Virus record (IMG/VR): IMGVR_UViG_3300012940_000054
Location: 1-37,679 of that record
DNA from: a virus
Taxonomy: Duplodnaviria > Caudoviricetes
Reading direction: 5' to 3' (one strand)
DNA length: 37,679 nucleotides
Under the pieces are notes generated by a model that was not told the DNA's origin, did no database searches, and worked only from the letters and a program-made list of their open reading frames with translations. Numbering within the stretch: position 1 is the stretch's first letter; each line of letters starts with the position of its first letter. This document shows, one piece after another, positions 1 through 8,481 of the stretch. Position numbers and translations under genes: made by a program.

Positions 1-776
1 CCTAGCTCGGCCGAACTTTTCACTTCGTAAACGTGCGCCACCTTCTTCAGCATGTAGCCGGTCTGGTCCGCAGGGCGAACGACGAAGGAGATGTCGAAGA
101 AGAGCGGGGCGGGGTTCAGCGCCGCAGCGCGGAGCCCACCAGGCGTAACCTGCCGGAGGTTGAATTTGAGGTGATCGCAGTACTGTGCTCGCGTAGGCGC
201 ACGATGCCCGCAGATGTTACAGACGTCGTACTTGATCCGGCAACCCATCGAGACAGCCGGGTATTCGCCATCGGCGATACGCTCGACGATGTCGGGGGCC
301 TTCTCGTTGTCCACGCCGAGCAGGAGCTCGACGCGGTGCATGTAGGGGTTCCAGAACGCCTTGAGAACGTCGCCGAAGTTCTTGTTCGGGTCTTTGTTTA
401 CGTGGTGCTTGAACACCGTGGCGTTCGTCTCGAAGGTCCGGTAATGCTGAGGCAGCGTCTCCGCGGAGGTGACCCACGCATCGCCTGCGGTGCAGCAGCC
501 ACAGGTCGGGCGTACACCAGGGCGATAGGCGTGCTCGTTGAAACCGTCGCCGTTGCGGTTGCAGTCGTAGGTTTCGTACGCGCCGAGCGCGAGCACCAGG
601 ACGATGCTCTTGCCCGGACGCGGCGTGACAGACTTGATGTATTCCGACGCCTCGCTCGCCGTCTTCGACGTCACACGCTCCCGCAGGGGGCGACCGTCGG
701 CGCCCCACAACAGAATCGGCTGGACCGTCGCTTCGCCGGTCGGGAAGTGTTCGTCGAGCTGGTAAACCTTACGCAT
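1..776 (-). CDS. Putative prohead (capsid maturation) protease, HK97/herpes-like fold; 3' end runs off the window
   Basis: Translated by hand (absent from the ORF track). ATG at 776 follows a GGGAG RBS and the frame stays open to the window edge: MRKVYQLDEHF...SKTASE...NRNGDGF...FKHHVNKDP..FG...AVSMGC..DVCNICG..YCDH...FFDISFVVRPAD...KKVAH. The H...VSxG...[DE]ISxVxxPA pattern fits phage prohead proteases. Confidence 0.75.
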   Translation of the reverse strand, partial: MRKVYQLDEHFPTGEATVQPILLWGADGRPLRERVTSKTASEASEYIKSVTPRPGKSIVLVLALGAYETYDCNRNGDGFNEHAYRPGVRPTCGCCTAGDAWVTSAETLPQHYRTFETNATVFKHHVNKDPNKNFGDVLKAFWNPYMHRVELLLGVDNEKAPDIVERIADGEYPAVSMGCRIKYDVCNICGHRAPTRAQYCDHLKFNLRQVTPGGLRAAALNPAPLFFDISFVVRPADQTGYMLKKVAHVYEVKSSAEL

Positions 777-845
777 GACGCTCCCGTGCGACACGCTTCA
801 TCGCTGGATGGGGATCAGTTGGTGCGTACGCAAGGCACTGGAGCG

Positions 846-1304
846 TCACTGGAGGAGGCCCCGCATCAGGCTGACCGCGTACTCGCGGCCGAGCAGCTGG
901 ATGCCTCGAAGGTGAACGAGGCCCTCGTAGTCGTCAGCGGCAGCAGCCTTCTCGAGCTGTTCAGTAAGGACATCATCGACGAAAGCGGCGGTCGTAAGCT
1001 TTGTCGCAAGATCCGCGACTGTATCCGGCGACGCAGCGACCTTCTCGCCGAGGGCGGTGTGCGTATTGCGGATGTCGAGGAGGAGACACGCGACCTTAGC
1101 CGCACTCGCTTCTTTACCGCGTAAACCACCGGGGAAACCCAGTGCCTCCGACGCCCGCTTCAGTCGACGGAAGAGGCCGTCACACATCTCGGAGTGACGC
1201 ACCTGTACAGCCGCGGATGTGGAAGCATCGATCTCGCCGGCAACCTTCTCGAGGTTGTCGGTGTGGCGAAGGGTCTTCCAAACGTGTGCGTAGAGCGGGT
1301 TCAC
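846..1304 (-). CDS. Hypothetical protein, probable head-associated (K-x-A motifs)
   Basis: GTG start overlaps the upstream stop (GTGA); contains EKVAG, EKVAA, EKAAA. Confidence 0.65.
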   Translation of the reverse strand: MNPLYAHVWKTLRHTDNLEKVAGEIDASTSAAVQVRHSEMCDGLFRRLKRASEALGFPGGLRGKEASAAKVACLLLDIRNTHTALGEKVAASPDTVADLATKLTTAAFVDDVLTEQLEKAAAADDYEGLVHLRGIQLLGREYAVSLMRGLLQ

Positions 1305-1519
1305 GCCTGACCCCCGAGATCCTTGAGTGCCTGGAGCCCCGCCTGGATGATACGACGCTCTGCGCGCTGCATGGCGATCTTCATCCCGAGGTGCATGAGC
1401 AGGGTTCTCTCGCTGTCGTCCTGGAGTCCGTACATCTGCGCCGCTAGCTTGGGGAAGCCGCCGGTGTTCACGATCTCCCGGAGCTGCGGGCTGACAAGCT
1501 TCTCGAAGTCAATCTGCAT
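1301..1519 (-). CDS. Small hypothetical protein
   Basis: Tightly packed in the operon with a GGAGG RBS; contains KLAA and KIAM. Confidence 0.6.
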   Translation of the reverse strand: MQIDFEKLVSPQLREIVNTGGFPKLAAQMYGLQDDSERTLLMHLGMKIAMQRAERRIIQAGLQALKDLGGQA

Positions 1520-1520
1520 T

Positions 1521-2408
1521 TCAGTGCCTCCGGCCCTTCGCGGCGTTTTCCGTCTCGACCAGATTCTTGATGGTAGCGTAGTTCGGACCTGTACCGCTCA
1601 GGACACACTCACGAAGAAAAGATCGAGCCGCGTTCGGGTCCAGAGAGATGGTCGGCGCGAACCGAACCATCGTGGCGTACGCCTCCAAGACCAACTCCTT
1701 GCCGTGCGGCTGCCGAGAAACGGCGTCACTGATGACGGGGTCGGTCCTGATGAGGCTCTCGACGAGCTGCTTCCGGCGAGGGTCTGTGACCAGCGTCTGC
1801 TTCAGCTTGTCGTACAGGCCCCCGATACCACCGAAGGCCGCGTCGAGCACGCCCTTTCCGATACCGGCGCCAATCCCAGACGCGAAGCTATCGATGCCCT
1901 TGTCCCGAATCGTGCTTCCGACGTCTGCCCAGCTGGCGGTGTTGACCAGCGTGGCCTTCTTCACGAGGAACTCGTCGAGGCTCGCCGTCACGTGGCGACC
2001 TGGGTCTCGGTAGGCGTTCATCAATTCTTCCTCGCGCTTCTGCTGTGTCGAGTAGTAGGCACCTGCAAGTATAGGCGTGGCGAGGGCGGCACCAACGCCA
2101 AACCGCATGAGCGCCGGATTCTTGTCCAGGTACTTCCCCACGTTCCTCGCGCCGCGCATCAGCGCGGGGCCTGCGGTGGAGGGCCGCACGGCCGCGCTTC
2201 CGACACGCTTTGCGGTATCCCACGCGGCACGGCCCATTTGCGCCGCATGCGGTAGTTCGTCCACAACGCCCATTCCACGACGTAGAGCTCTGGCGACGTC
2301 TTCCGATCCAGGAGACCGGTTGAGATCGCGAAGAACGTCCTGCGGGTCGAAGGGCCATGCAACCTTCTCCACCTCGGAGAGGTATGCCTTCACGATCTTG
2401 TTGCGCAT
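1521..2408 (-). CDS. Hypothetical protein with hydrophobic/Gly-rich segments, possible internal virion protein
   Basis: Operon packing; N-terminal EKVA; segments FGVGAALATPILAGAYY and FASGIGAGIGKGVLDAAFGGIGG. Confidence 0.65.
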   Translation of the reverse strand: MRNKIVKAYLSEVEKVAWPFDPQDVLRDLNRSPGSEDVARALRRGMGVVDELPHAAQMGRAAWDTAKRVGSAAVRPSTAGPALMRGARNVGKYLDKNPALMRFGVGAALATPILAGAYYSTQQKREEELMNAYRDPGRHVTASLDEFLVKKATLVNTASWADVGSTIRDKGIDSFASGIGAGIGKGVLDAAFGGIGGLYDKLKQTLVTDPRRKQLVESLIRTDPVISDAVSRQPHGKELVLEAYATMVRFAPTISLDPNAARSFLRECVLSGTGPNYATIKNLVETENAAKGRRH

Positions 2409-2412
2409 GCTT

Positions 2413-3225
2413 TCACCGCCCTAGTGCAGGCATGTTCTTGTCGATCCACTCGAGACCGCACCCGAAGCGAACGTAGTCCTCGCGCGCCTGCTTGGCCTGC
2501 TCGAGGACGGAGAGTTCCTTCGTGGCGTCGGCTACGTGGCGCTCACACAGCGACGCGACCTTCTCAGGGTCCGGGTTCGGCGCAGGCATCCGGAGGTTCT
2601 CGCGCAGGAGGGTAAGCTCCGGTACGATGTCCATCCCGTAGACGGCGTAGGCGTCCTTCTCGAAGTCGGTGTACACCGGGCCGTACCCAGCGGGACGCCG
2701 GAACACCTGCGTGAGCTCTGCGAGCTTTGTCTCCCACCGGTGCGCGGCACCGAGCTGCTCGATCTCGAACTCCGACGCGAGCTTGCGCAGAGCAAGCACG
2801 GTCATGTCCGGGCGGAGCGGCCGTTCGGGGACGTCATCGTACGCAGCAACTTTCTCCGCCGCATCGAATTCACGGCCGAGGCGCTTCGCGCGCATCATGT
2901 CAGGTACGGCGGTGTACGCCGCCAGCTTGTCGTTGTGAATATTCGCGCTCTGCGGGGGCTCCTCGTCGACGATGCGCCGAATCACGGCTTCCGGATCCCC
3001 CGTCTCGAATTCGACCATCTTGTCGCCGTCATCCTTCGCCTTGAAGAGCTCCTGGAACGCGGCCACGTTCGCAAGCCTCGTAAGTGTGCGGATCTCGTCC
3101 GGGTTGAGGCAGTTTTCGCGAGCCACCTTCTCGGCGAGGTCATTGATGCTGCGCTTCGAGGCAGCGTGGGCGACAGCGATCTCATTCGCGCGCCGAATAT
3201 ATTCGTTCTCGTTCCAGTTCGGCAT
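2413..3225 (-). CDS. Hypothetical protein, probable head-associated
   Basis: AAGGAG RBS; contains DKLAA, EKVAA, RKLAS, TKLAE, EKVAS. Confidence 0.7.
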   Translation of the reverse strand: MPNWNENEYIRRANEIAVAHAASKRSINDLAEKVARENCLNPDEIRTLTRLANVAAFQELFKAKDDGDKMVEFETGDPEAVIRRIVDEEPPQSANIHNDKLAAYTAVPDMMRAKRLGREFDAAEKVAAYDDVPERPLRPDMTVLALRKLASEFEIEQLGAAHRWETKLAELTQVFRRPAGYGPVYTDFEKDAYAVYGMDIVPELTLLRENLRMPAPNPDPEKVASLCERHVADATKELSVLEQAKQAREDYVRFGCGLEWIDKNMPALGR

Positions 3226-3235
3226 CGCCGTCTCC

Positions 3236-3919
3236 TTAGTGAAGGATCTCTTCGAGGGGTACCGGAGCCTGCTCAGGGGTCAGCGTTTCATCCCGCTGCT
3301 CAAGCGCGATCTCAAGCTCGTTTACCGCCGACTTAGTTGTCTGGGGGTCAATCTTCTCAAGCAACACCGCGTTGTTGATCGATACGCCCCACCACTTCAA
3401 CGCCTCCTTAGACATGCCGCTAGTCAAGGAGTTGCCCTTGTGGGCCATACCGCGGAAGAAAGCATCTTCCATGGTACGGCGTACGACGAGACGGTTGTCG
3501 ATCTGGTTCGTAGCGCCGTAAAGCCAGTGTAGGTAGGGCTGGCCCACCTGAACCGCGGTACGGACGATCTCTTTAGCGTAATCGCTTCCGTTGTAAGACG
3601 CGGCGTAACTCCAGACGTCAAGCTTGTTGCGGAACACCTGCATATCGAGAAACAGGTGACCGTAAGCAGCGAGCACATCCTGGGGGATCTCGAGAAGGGA
3701 CGACGTAGTCTGGACGTCTGTCCGCGCAAGGAAAAAGGCGTCAATGACGGCCCTGTGCTCGGGGTGCGTATACAGGTCGTGTGCGTACGCGACGTCCGAC
3801 CGAGAGCACGTACGCCCGCTAAAAATCTCGGCGAGGGCGGCCATCCGGGGGTCGCCAATCTCGACGCCCCCCGACAGCGCTTCCTTCACCGCCAGGTACC
3901 GGTGGTTAGGCGGCAGCAT
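3236..3919 (-). CDS. Hypothetical protein
   Basis: 227 aa ORF packed between its neighbours with an AGGAG RBS; no recognisable motif. Confidence 0.7.
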   Translation of the reverse strand: MLPPNHRYLAVKEALSGGVEIGDPRMAALAEIFSGRTCSRSDVAYAHDLYTHPEHRAVIDAFFLARTDVQTTSSLLEIPQDVLAAYGHLFLDMQVFRNKLDVWSYAASYNGSDYAKEIVRTAVQVGQPYLHWLYGATNQIDNRLVVRRTMEDAFFRGMAHKGNSLTSGMSKEALKWWGVSINNAVLLEKIDPQTTKSAVNELEIALEQRDETLTPEQAPVPLEEILH

Positions 3920-3921
3920 CG

Positions 3922-6534
3922 TTACTCCTGGTACGACGGATCGTTCTTTCCGGGCATCACGAGAGTGTTCTGGTTGATCTTCAAAATCAAGTCACCCAGA
4001 CCCTTGAACGTGGTGCGCAGGTTGTCTTCGATAGCGACGAAGGTCTCGTTGCCGATAGACCCCTTGATGTTCGTCTCATCCATCCAGAGGGTGAGAAGAA
4101 CCCGCCCGATGTTGTCGAGCGATTTCTCAAGGTTCGGCAGATACGCGCCGACCATATCCTTGAGCGCCGGGGACTGGGCCATAGACGCGAGGGCTGCGGC
4201 GTCAAAGGCCCCCGCGTCCTGGAGGGACCCTGCCTGCTCCATGAACTGCGGGTTCACCTGCTGCACGAGGCTCTCGACGGAGCCGTCGTCGGCGTTCATC
4301 ATCGCCTGCGGCATCTCGCCCTGCTGCGCCTGCGACGGGTCCATCGTCGGCTGACCCATGCCGGCAGCCTGGGCGCCACCCCCCTGTGCCATCGCCATCT
4401 GATTAGGGGCTCCGCCACCCATCGGTTGCTGGACCGGGGCGCCCGCCCCCATCATCGACGGGTCCATCGGACCACCCATGGCCGCCGCAGCCGCAGCGGG
4501 TGCCGCCGCCGCGCCGCCGCCACCTGCAATCATGTTGGCCCGCTGCTGGACCGTCATGAGCAGCTGCTGCATCTGTGTGAGCGCCTGCGCCTGCTGCTGG
4601 AGGTTCTGGATCTGCTCCGCGACAGCCATGTCTACGGGCGAGGGTCCCTGCGGCTGCGACATCTGCGCCGCCATAACCTGATCCATCGCCTGCTGTGCGG
4701 GATCAGCGGAACCGCCTTCACCCGAGCTAGCCTGCTCCTCACCCGCCGCTACCTTCAGGTACGCCGCCACCTTGGTGTACTTCTCAGGGGAGAGAACCCA
4801 GAACTCGGCGCGCCCGTCGTTTGTAGCCTGGTCGAGGAGGGTTTCCGCTTCGTCGACGGCGATCCCCTTCTCGCCTGCGATCTTACGAAGGGCGCCGACG
4901 TAGTCGTACTCCTGGCGGTCGATGACGTAGCCGCGGAAGGAGCCGGGCTGATGGACGATGACCTTCTCAGCGCCCTCCTTCACCAGACCCTCCAGCGTCC
5001 AGTGGAGGACATCCTTGGGCTCGGTCAGAAGATCGCCTGCAACGAGCTCGCCGCTAGTAGGCAGGAACACGTAGTCGGACGGAAGGTAGGCGATGTTGCT
5101 ACCCACCGGTACCATGAGCTTGCTGATCGGTGAGCCGGGGTCGGTGACGAGCGTGCGCTTGTCCCAGCCGGAGGACACCTCGATTCGCCGCACACCGCCG
5201 GCGTCCGTCGAGATGGACTCGATCTTCACAGGCGTGGTCGCCACGAAGCTCGCACCGCGCTTCTGAACGAAGATGCCCGTCTGGCCCTTCCGCGGGCCAG
5301 CAGCGGCGCCATCCCCGACGGTCTTCTTGTAGACTGCCGACCCCTCGAGATGGTCGATCGATACGGGCTGCCCCACCAGCTTTGTCGACTGGAGCAGTTT
5401 GCCGTCTTCGGTGACACCTACGTACCGATCGACGTGAACCTCGTCGCGGTAGCCGTCGAGACCGGGGACGCGATAATGCGCCCCGTGCCCGCGGTTCGGG
5501 TTCGCAGGTGCACTATCGACCTTGACGAACCGGATGTTTCGAGCGGGGGCCGGGTTGCCCGCGGTGTTCTTGAAGAGGTTTACCGGGTTACCGATGACGA
5601 GCGCGATCACGGGCTTGCCGTCGGACTTCCAGAGCTTGTACGCTCCCGCGTCCTTAGGCTCCTGGAGGTCACGGAAGGTCTGGACCTGCACCGCCCGGTT
5701 CCGTGTGGTGCGACTGTCTTCGGCGTAGTAGCCCTTGCGAGCGACGCCGCTGAACGCCACCGGCGCCTTTTCCCCGAAGAGACTCTTGAACTCACCGGGG
5801 CTTGTGTTCTTGTCTGCGATGTACAGCGCGCCGGTGGGCGAAAGCTTACCGCTGTAGTCCGCCAGCTTTTCTTCATGCCACGTCAGTGCGTCAACGAGAG
5901 GCTTTTCACCGTAGAAGAACACAGCCTGCTTGAGTAGGCGCGGGGTCGTCTCGAACAGGCGCGCGGTGGCCGACTTCACGCGGTTCGGCGCCTTGGAGAG
6001 GAAGTCGAGGAAGGCCAGCTTGGCCTCGGACGACTCACGGCGAGCTTCCTCAAAAACCTGCGCTACGCCTGCGCTATGGTCGGTCGCGTAGCTGTACCGC
6101 CCCGTCGTGGGGGGCACGACCGTGTTGCGGATGTCTACATCGGTCGACAGGGTTTCGGGTGCCTGAACACCGCGCCCGAGCTCACCGAGCGACATCTTGT
6201 CCAGCTCCTCGAGCCACTCCTTGCTGAGCGGGAGGAAGATGTTCAGGTCCTTGAAATACAAGACGTCGAGCGGCTTGATCTGGTTCTCCGCCATGATGAC
6301 GGGGATGTAGATCGTCTGGCCGCGGCGCAGCACGACGAACGCGCCAACGCCAGACCCCTCCTCGGGGTCGCTATCGAGAATCTTGAACGTGGCCACATCG
6401 CCACTGACGTTAGGGAGCTTGTTTACGAGGACGCTGTACGCCATCTGGGTAAGGCCCTGATCGAAAAGGGTCTTACCCTGGTCGCTCGGCACCCCGGGGG
6501 CCGCGAGAGCCTGCGTGCGAGGGGACAGGGACAT
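3922..6534 (-). CDS. Large hypothetical virion-associated protein (870 aa) with a Q/M/A/G-rich low-complexity segment
   Basis: Start reassigned to ATG 6534 (MSLSPRTQ) after GAGGAG. Contains EAKLA, EEKLA, RKIAG, TKVAA, LKVAA. Confidence 0.7.
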   Translation of the reverse strand: MSLSPRTQALAAPGVPSDQGKTLFDQGLTQMAYSVLVNKLPNVSGDVATFKILDSDPEEGSGVGAFVVLRRGQTIYIPVIMAENQIKPLDVLYFKDLNIFLPLSKEWLEELDKMSLGELGRGVQAPETLSTDVDIRNTVVPPTTGRYSYATDHSAGVAQVFEEARRESSEAKLAFLDFLSKAPNRVKSATARLFETTPRLLKQAVFFYGEKPLVDALTWHEEKLADYSGKLSPTGALYIADKNTSPGEFKSLFGEKAPVAFSGVARKGYYAEDSRTTRNRAVQVQTFRDLQEPKDAGAYKLWKSDGKPVIALVIGNPVNLFKNTAGNPAPARNIRFVKVDSAPANPNRGHGAHYRVPGLDGYRDEVHVDRYVGVTEDGKLLQSTKLVGQPVSIDHLEGSAVYKKTVGDGAAAGPRKGQTGIFVQKRGASFVATTPVKIESISTDAGGVRRIEVSSGWDKRTLVTDPGSPISKLMVPVGSNIAYLPSDYVFLPTSGELVAGDLLTEPKDVLHWTLEGLVKEGAEKVIVHQPGSFRGYVIDRQEYDYVGALRKIAGEKGIAVDEAETLLDQATNDGRAEFWVLSPEKYTKVAAYLKVAAGEEQASSGEGGSADPAQQAMDQVMAAQMSQPQGPSPVDMAVAEQIQNLQQQAQALTQMQQLLMTVQQRANMIAGGGGAAAAPAAAAAAMGGPMDPSMMGAGAPVQQPMGGGAPNQMAMAQGGGAQAAGMGQPTMDPSQAQQGEMPQAMMNADDGSVESLVQQVNPQFMEQAGSLQDAGAFDAAALASMAQSPALKDMVGAYLPNLEKSLDNIGRVLLTLWMDETNIKGSIGNETFVAIEDNLRTTFKGLGDLILKINQNTLVMPGKNDPSYQE

Positions 6535-6571
6535 GATCGAAACTCCTCGGAGTGTTTTTACGCCGTAAACC

Positions 6572-6606
6572 AAAAAGGCCGTCGGGCAGTTGAGCCCAAC
6601 GGCCTT
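6572..6606 (-). terminator. Rho-independent terminator
   Basis: Minus strand reads AAGGCCGTTGGGC-tcaact-GCCCGACGGCCTT-TTT (13 bp stem, one G-U), just downstream of gene 6641-7834. Confidence 0.75.
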
Positions 6607-6640
6607 GCTGGGCCAGCGGAGGTGGCCGGGCTTTGTTAGT

Positions 6641-7834
6641 TTAGCGCGCCGCGCTAGCGATGCGCTCCATCTCCGCGATGAGGCTCGAGGAGGTCTTCTC
6701 GCCCTTCTCCTTCGCCTCGTCACCCTTCATCGACTGCACCATCTCTGCGATGTCGCCCGCCTTCTTCTGGTCGACCGCAACCTTCGCATAGAGCGAATCG
6801 AGGATGGCCTGGCGGCCGTCGCGATCGTGACCCATCATCGAGCGGACCGCGGCAAGCTTCTCTTCACCAGTGAGCGTGGCCGGCAGGTAGGGGCCCACGT
6901 CCGCAGCGGTCTTGCGGAAGAGCTCCATGAAGAGCTCATCCTCCGATGCGGCCTTCGACGCCTGGATAACCGAGTTGGTGCCGCCGGGCGAGTTGGCCGG
7001 CGCCTCGGGGTGCTTCTTCTCGACGCCGACACGCGCGGCCTGCGGCTCCGAGAAATTGGCACCGCCGGGGCTCACCCGGTACGCGTTCTCCGGGCGCTGC
7101 TTGGCATCGAGCGCGCCAACCTCTGTGGTCTGAGCGGCCTGCGCAAAGGTGTTACCCTTGTCACCCCCCTGGATCAGAGCGCCTGCGATCTTACGAACGG
7201 CCTCACGCATAGCGGCTGCCTTCGTATTGGCGTCGGCACTCACCGAGTTGGAGCCCGACGGAGACTCCGCGGGCTTCTGGTCGTGCGTCTGGCTCGAGCC
7301 GTTCTGACCCTTGTTGGTGTCGAGCGCGGTGTTGCCCTGGCCGGTGAGGTAGGTGCCCTGGGGGCGCTGCTTCTCGTCGAGGGCGCCGACCTCGGTGGTC
7401 TTCGCAGCCTGGCCGGGGTCGTTGCCCTTGTCGCCACCCTGGATCAGGGCGCCGGCCTGCTTCTGAACCTCAGCAGCGGCCTTCTCCATGCAGGAGACGG
7501 CGACCGAGGAGGCGATGGCGTCGAGGTCCATCAGCGCCGCCGTCTTATTCAGGTCGGCCGCCGCAGCCTCCGCCTCGGGAGCAGGGGCGCCGCCACCGCC
7601 CGACTGCGCCATGAGGGCGTGAGCGATCTCGATCAGCTTGTTGGCGATCATCGCCACGTCCTCAGGGGCGTGACCTTCCGGGCCGGAGACTTCCGGCATC
7701 TCCTCGGGCATCTGCTCGGCGACCGCGTCAGCTGCCTCCTCGGCCGCCTCCTTCGACGGGAAGGAGACCACGCCGCGCCGCATGAGCTCGTGCGCCACGC
7801 CGTGAGCCGCCGCACGCTTGTACAGATTCGTCAT
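6641..7834 (-). CDS. Ala-rich hypothetical protein with an internal ~90 aa duplication; candidate scaffold or inner-head protein
   Basis: GAGGGAG RBS, apparent own promoter and terminator; many K-x-A motifs (KTAA, KAAA, KQAG, KIAG, KAAS, KLAA, KVAV). Confidence 0.7.
   Translation of the reverse strand: MTNLYKRAAAHGVAHELMRRGVVSFPSKEAAEEAADAVAEQMPEEMPEVSGPEGHAPEDVAMIANKLIEIAHALMAQSGGGGAPAPEAEAAAADLNKTAALMDLDAIASSVAVSCMEKAAAEVQKQAGALIQGGDKGNDPGQAAKTTEVGALDEKQRPQGTYLTGQGNTALDTNKGQNGSSQTHDQKPAESPSGSNSVSADANTKAAAMREAVRKIAGALIQGGDKGNTFAQAAQTTEVGALDAKQRPENAYRVSPGGANFSEPQAARVGVEKKHPEAPANSPGGTNSVIQASKAASEDELFMELFRKTAADVGPYLPATLTGEEKLAAVRSMMGHDRDGRQAILDSLYAKVAVDQKKAGDIAEMVQSMKGDEAKEKGEKTSSSLIAEMERIASAAR
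6965..7462 (-). repeat. Intragenic duplication with a 270 nt period
   Basis: KQAGALIQGGDKGN..QAAKTTEVGALDEKQRP..PAESPSGSNSV versus KIAGALIQGGDKGN..QAAQTTEVGALDAKQRP..PANSPGGTNSV. Confidence 0.85.
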
Positions 7835-7866
7835 TGCCGTTCTCCCTCGAACTTGAAACTGGCCTG

Positions 7867-7895
7867 AGCATAGGCCAGCGATGTTGTTTTCTCAA
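7867..7895 (-). promoter_or_regulatory. Sigma70-like promoter
   Basis: TTGAGA-17 nt-TATGCT upstream of gene 6641-7834. Confidence 0.55.
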
Positions 7896-7955
7896 CAGAG
7901 GCATCGGGCGCAAGCACCTCTCACCAGCATAGGTGGATCGTGCCCCACAGCCCAA

Positions 7956-8417
7956 CTACCAGGGCTGCTTTGTGGTGGAATTGAAGTTGCTCCCCACAGT
8001 GGCGCCGAGATTCGACATGAGCATCGAACCACCCATCTGCCCCAGCATGCCGAAAGGCTGGCCGAGGATGGCGCCTGCTGCCTGGCCCACGCCTGCGCCG
8101 ATAGCGGAGCCTCTCTGGTCAGGGGGGAGCTGTGCTGCGCTGTACACCTGGTACGCCGGGAGACCGTAGTTGAACAAGGCGTCGAACGCACCCTGCGGTA
8201 CGATCGCCTGCCGGAGCATACCGCCGGGGCTGAGCAGCTTACCCTCCCGCAGCTGCTTGGCGAAACCAGCAGGATCTCCGTAGACCATTCGACGCGCGGT
8301 TGGACCGGTCAGTGCGCCCTTGGCTTTTGTGGCGATAGAGCGCAGATCTATCGCCACCTTATCGACGCCGTAAGCGGTCATGGCAGCGGTGGCGCCGGTA
8401 TCGAAGTCGAGTCGCAT
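7956..8417 (-). CDS. Glycine-zipper-containing hypothetical protein
   Basis: C-terminal GSAIGAGVGQAAGAILGQPFGMLGQMGG; N-terminal FDTGATAAMTAYGVDKVA. Confidence 0.65.
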   Translation of the reverse strand: MRLDFDTGATAAMTAYGVDKVAIDLRSIATKAKGALTGPTARRMVYGDPAGFAKQLREGKLLSPGGMLRQAIVPQGAFDALFNYGLPAYQVYSAAQLPPDQRGSAIGAGVGQAAGAILGQPFGMLGQMGGSMLMSNLGATVGSNFNSTTKQPW

Positions 8418-8481
8418 CAGTCCCTTCCGTCACGGCCGGAGCCGGGCTCAGATAAGCATAGGCTACTGCGTTCGGAGCTAG

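Noticed and set aside
33-1124. 363 aa plus-strand ORF
   Set aside because: Antisense shadow of the minus-strand protease gene and its neighbour.
4300-4700. Q/M/A/G-rich stretch considered as a DNA repeat
   Set aside because: Low-complexity protein linker without a regular nucleotide period.
6535-6723. 63 aa N-terminal extension of the 933 aa ORF
   Set aside because: Overlaps the upstream gene and its terminator; a good RBS precedes ATG 6534.
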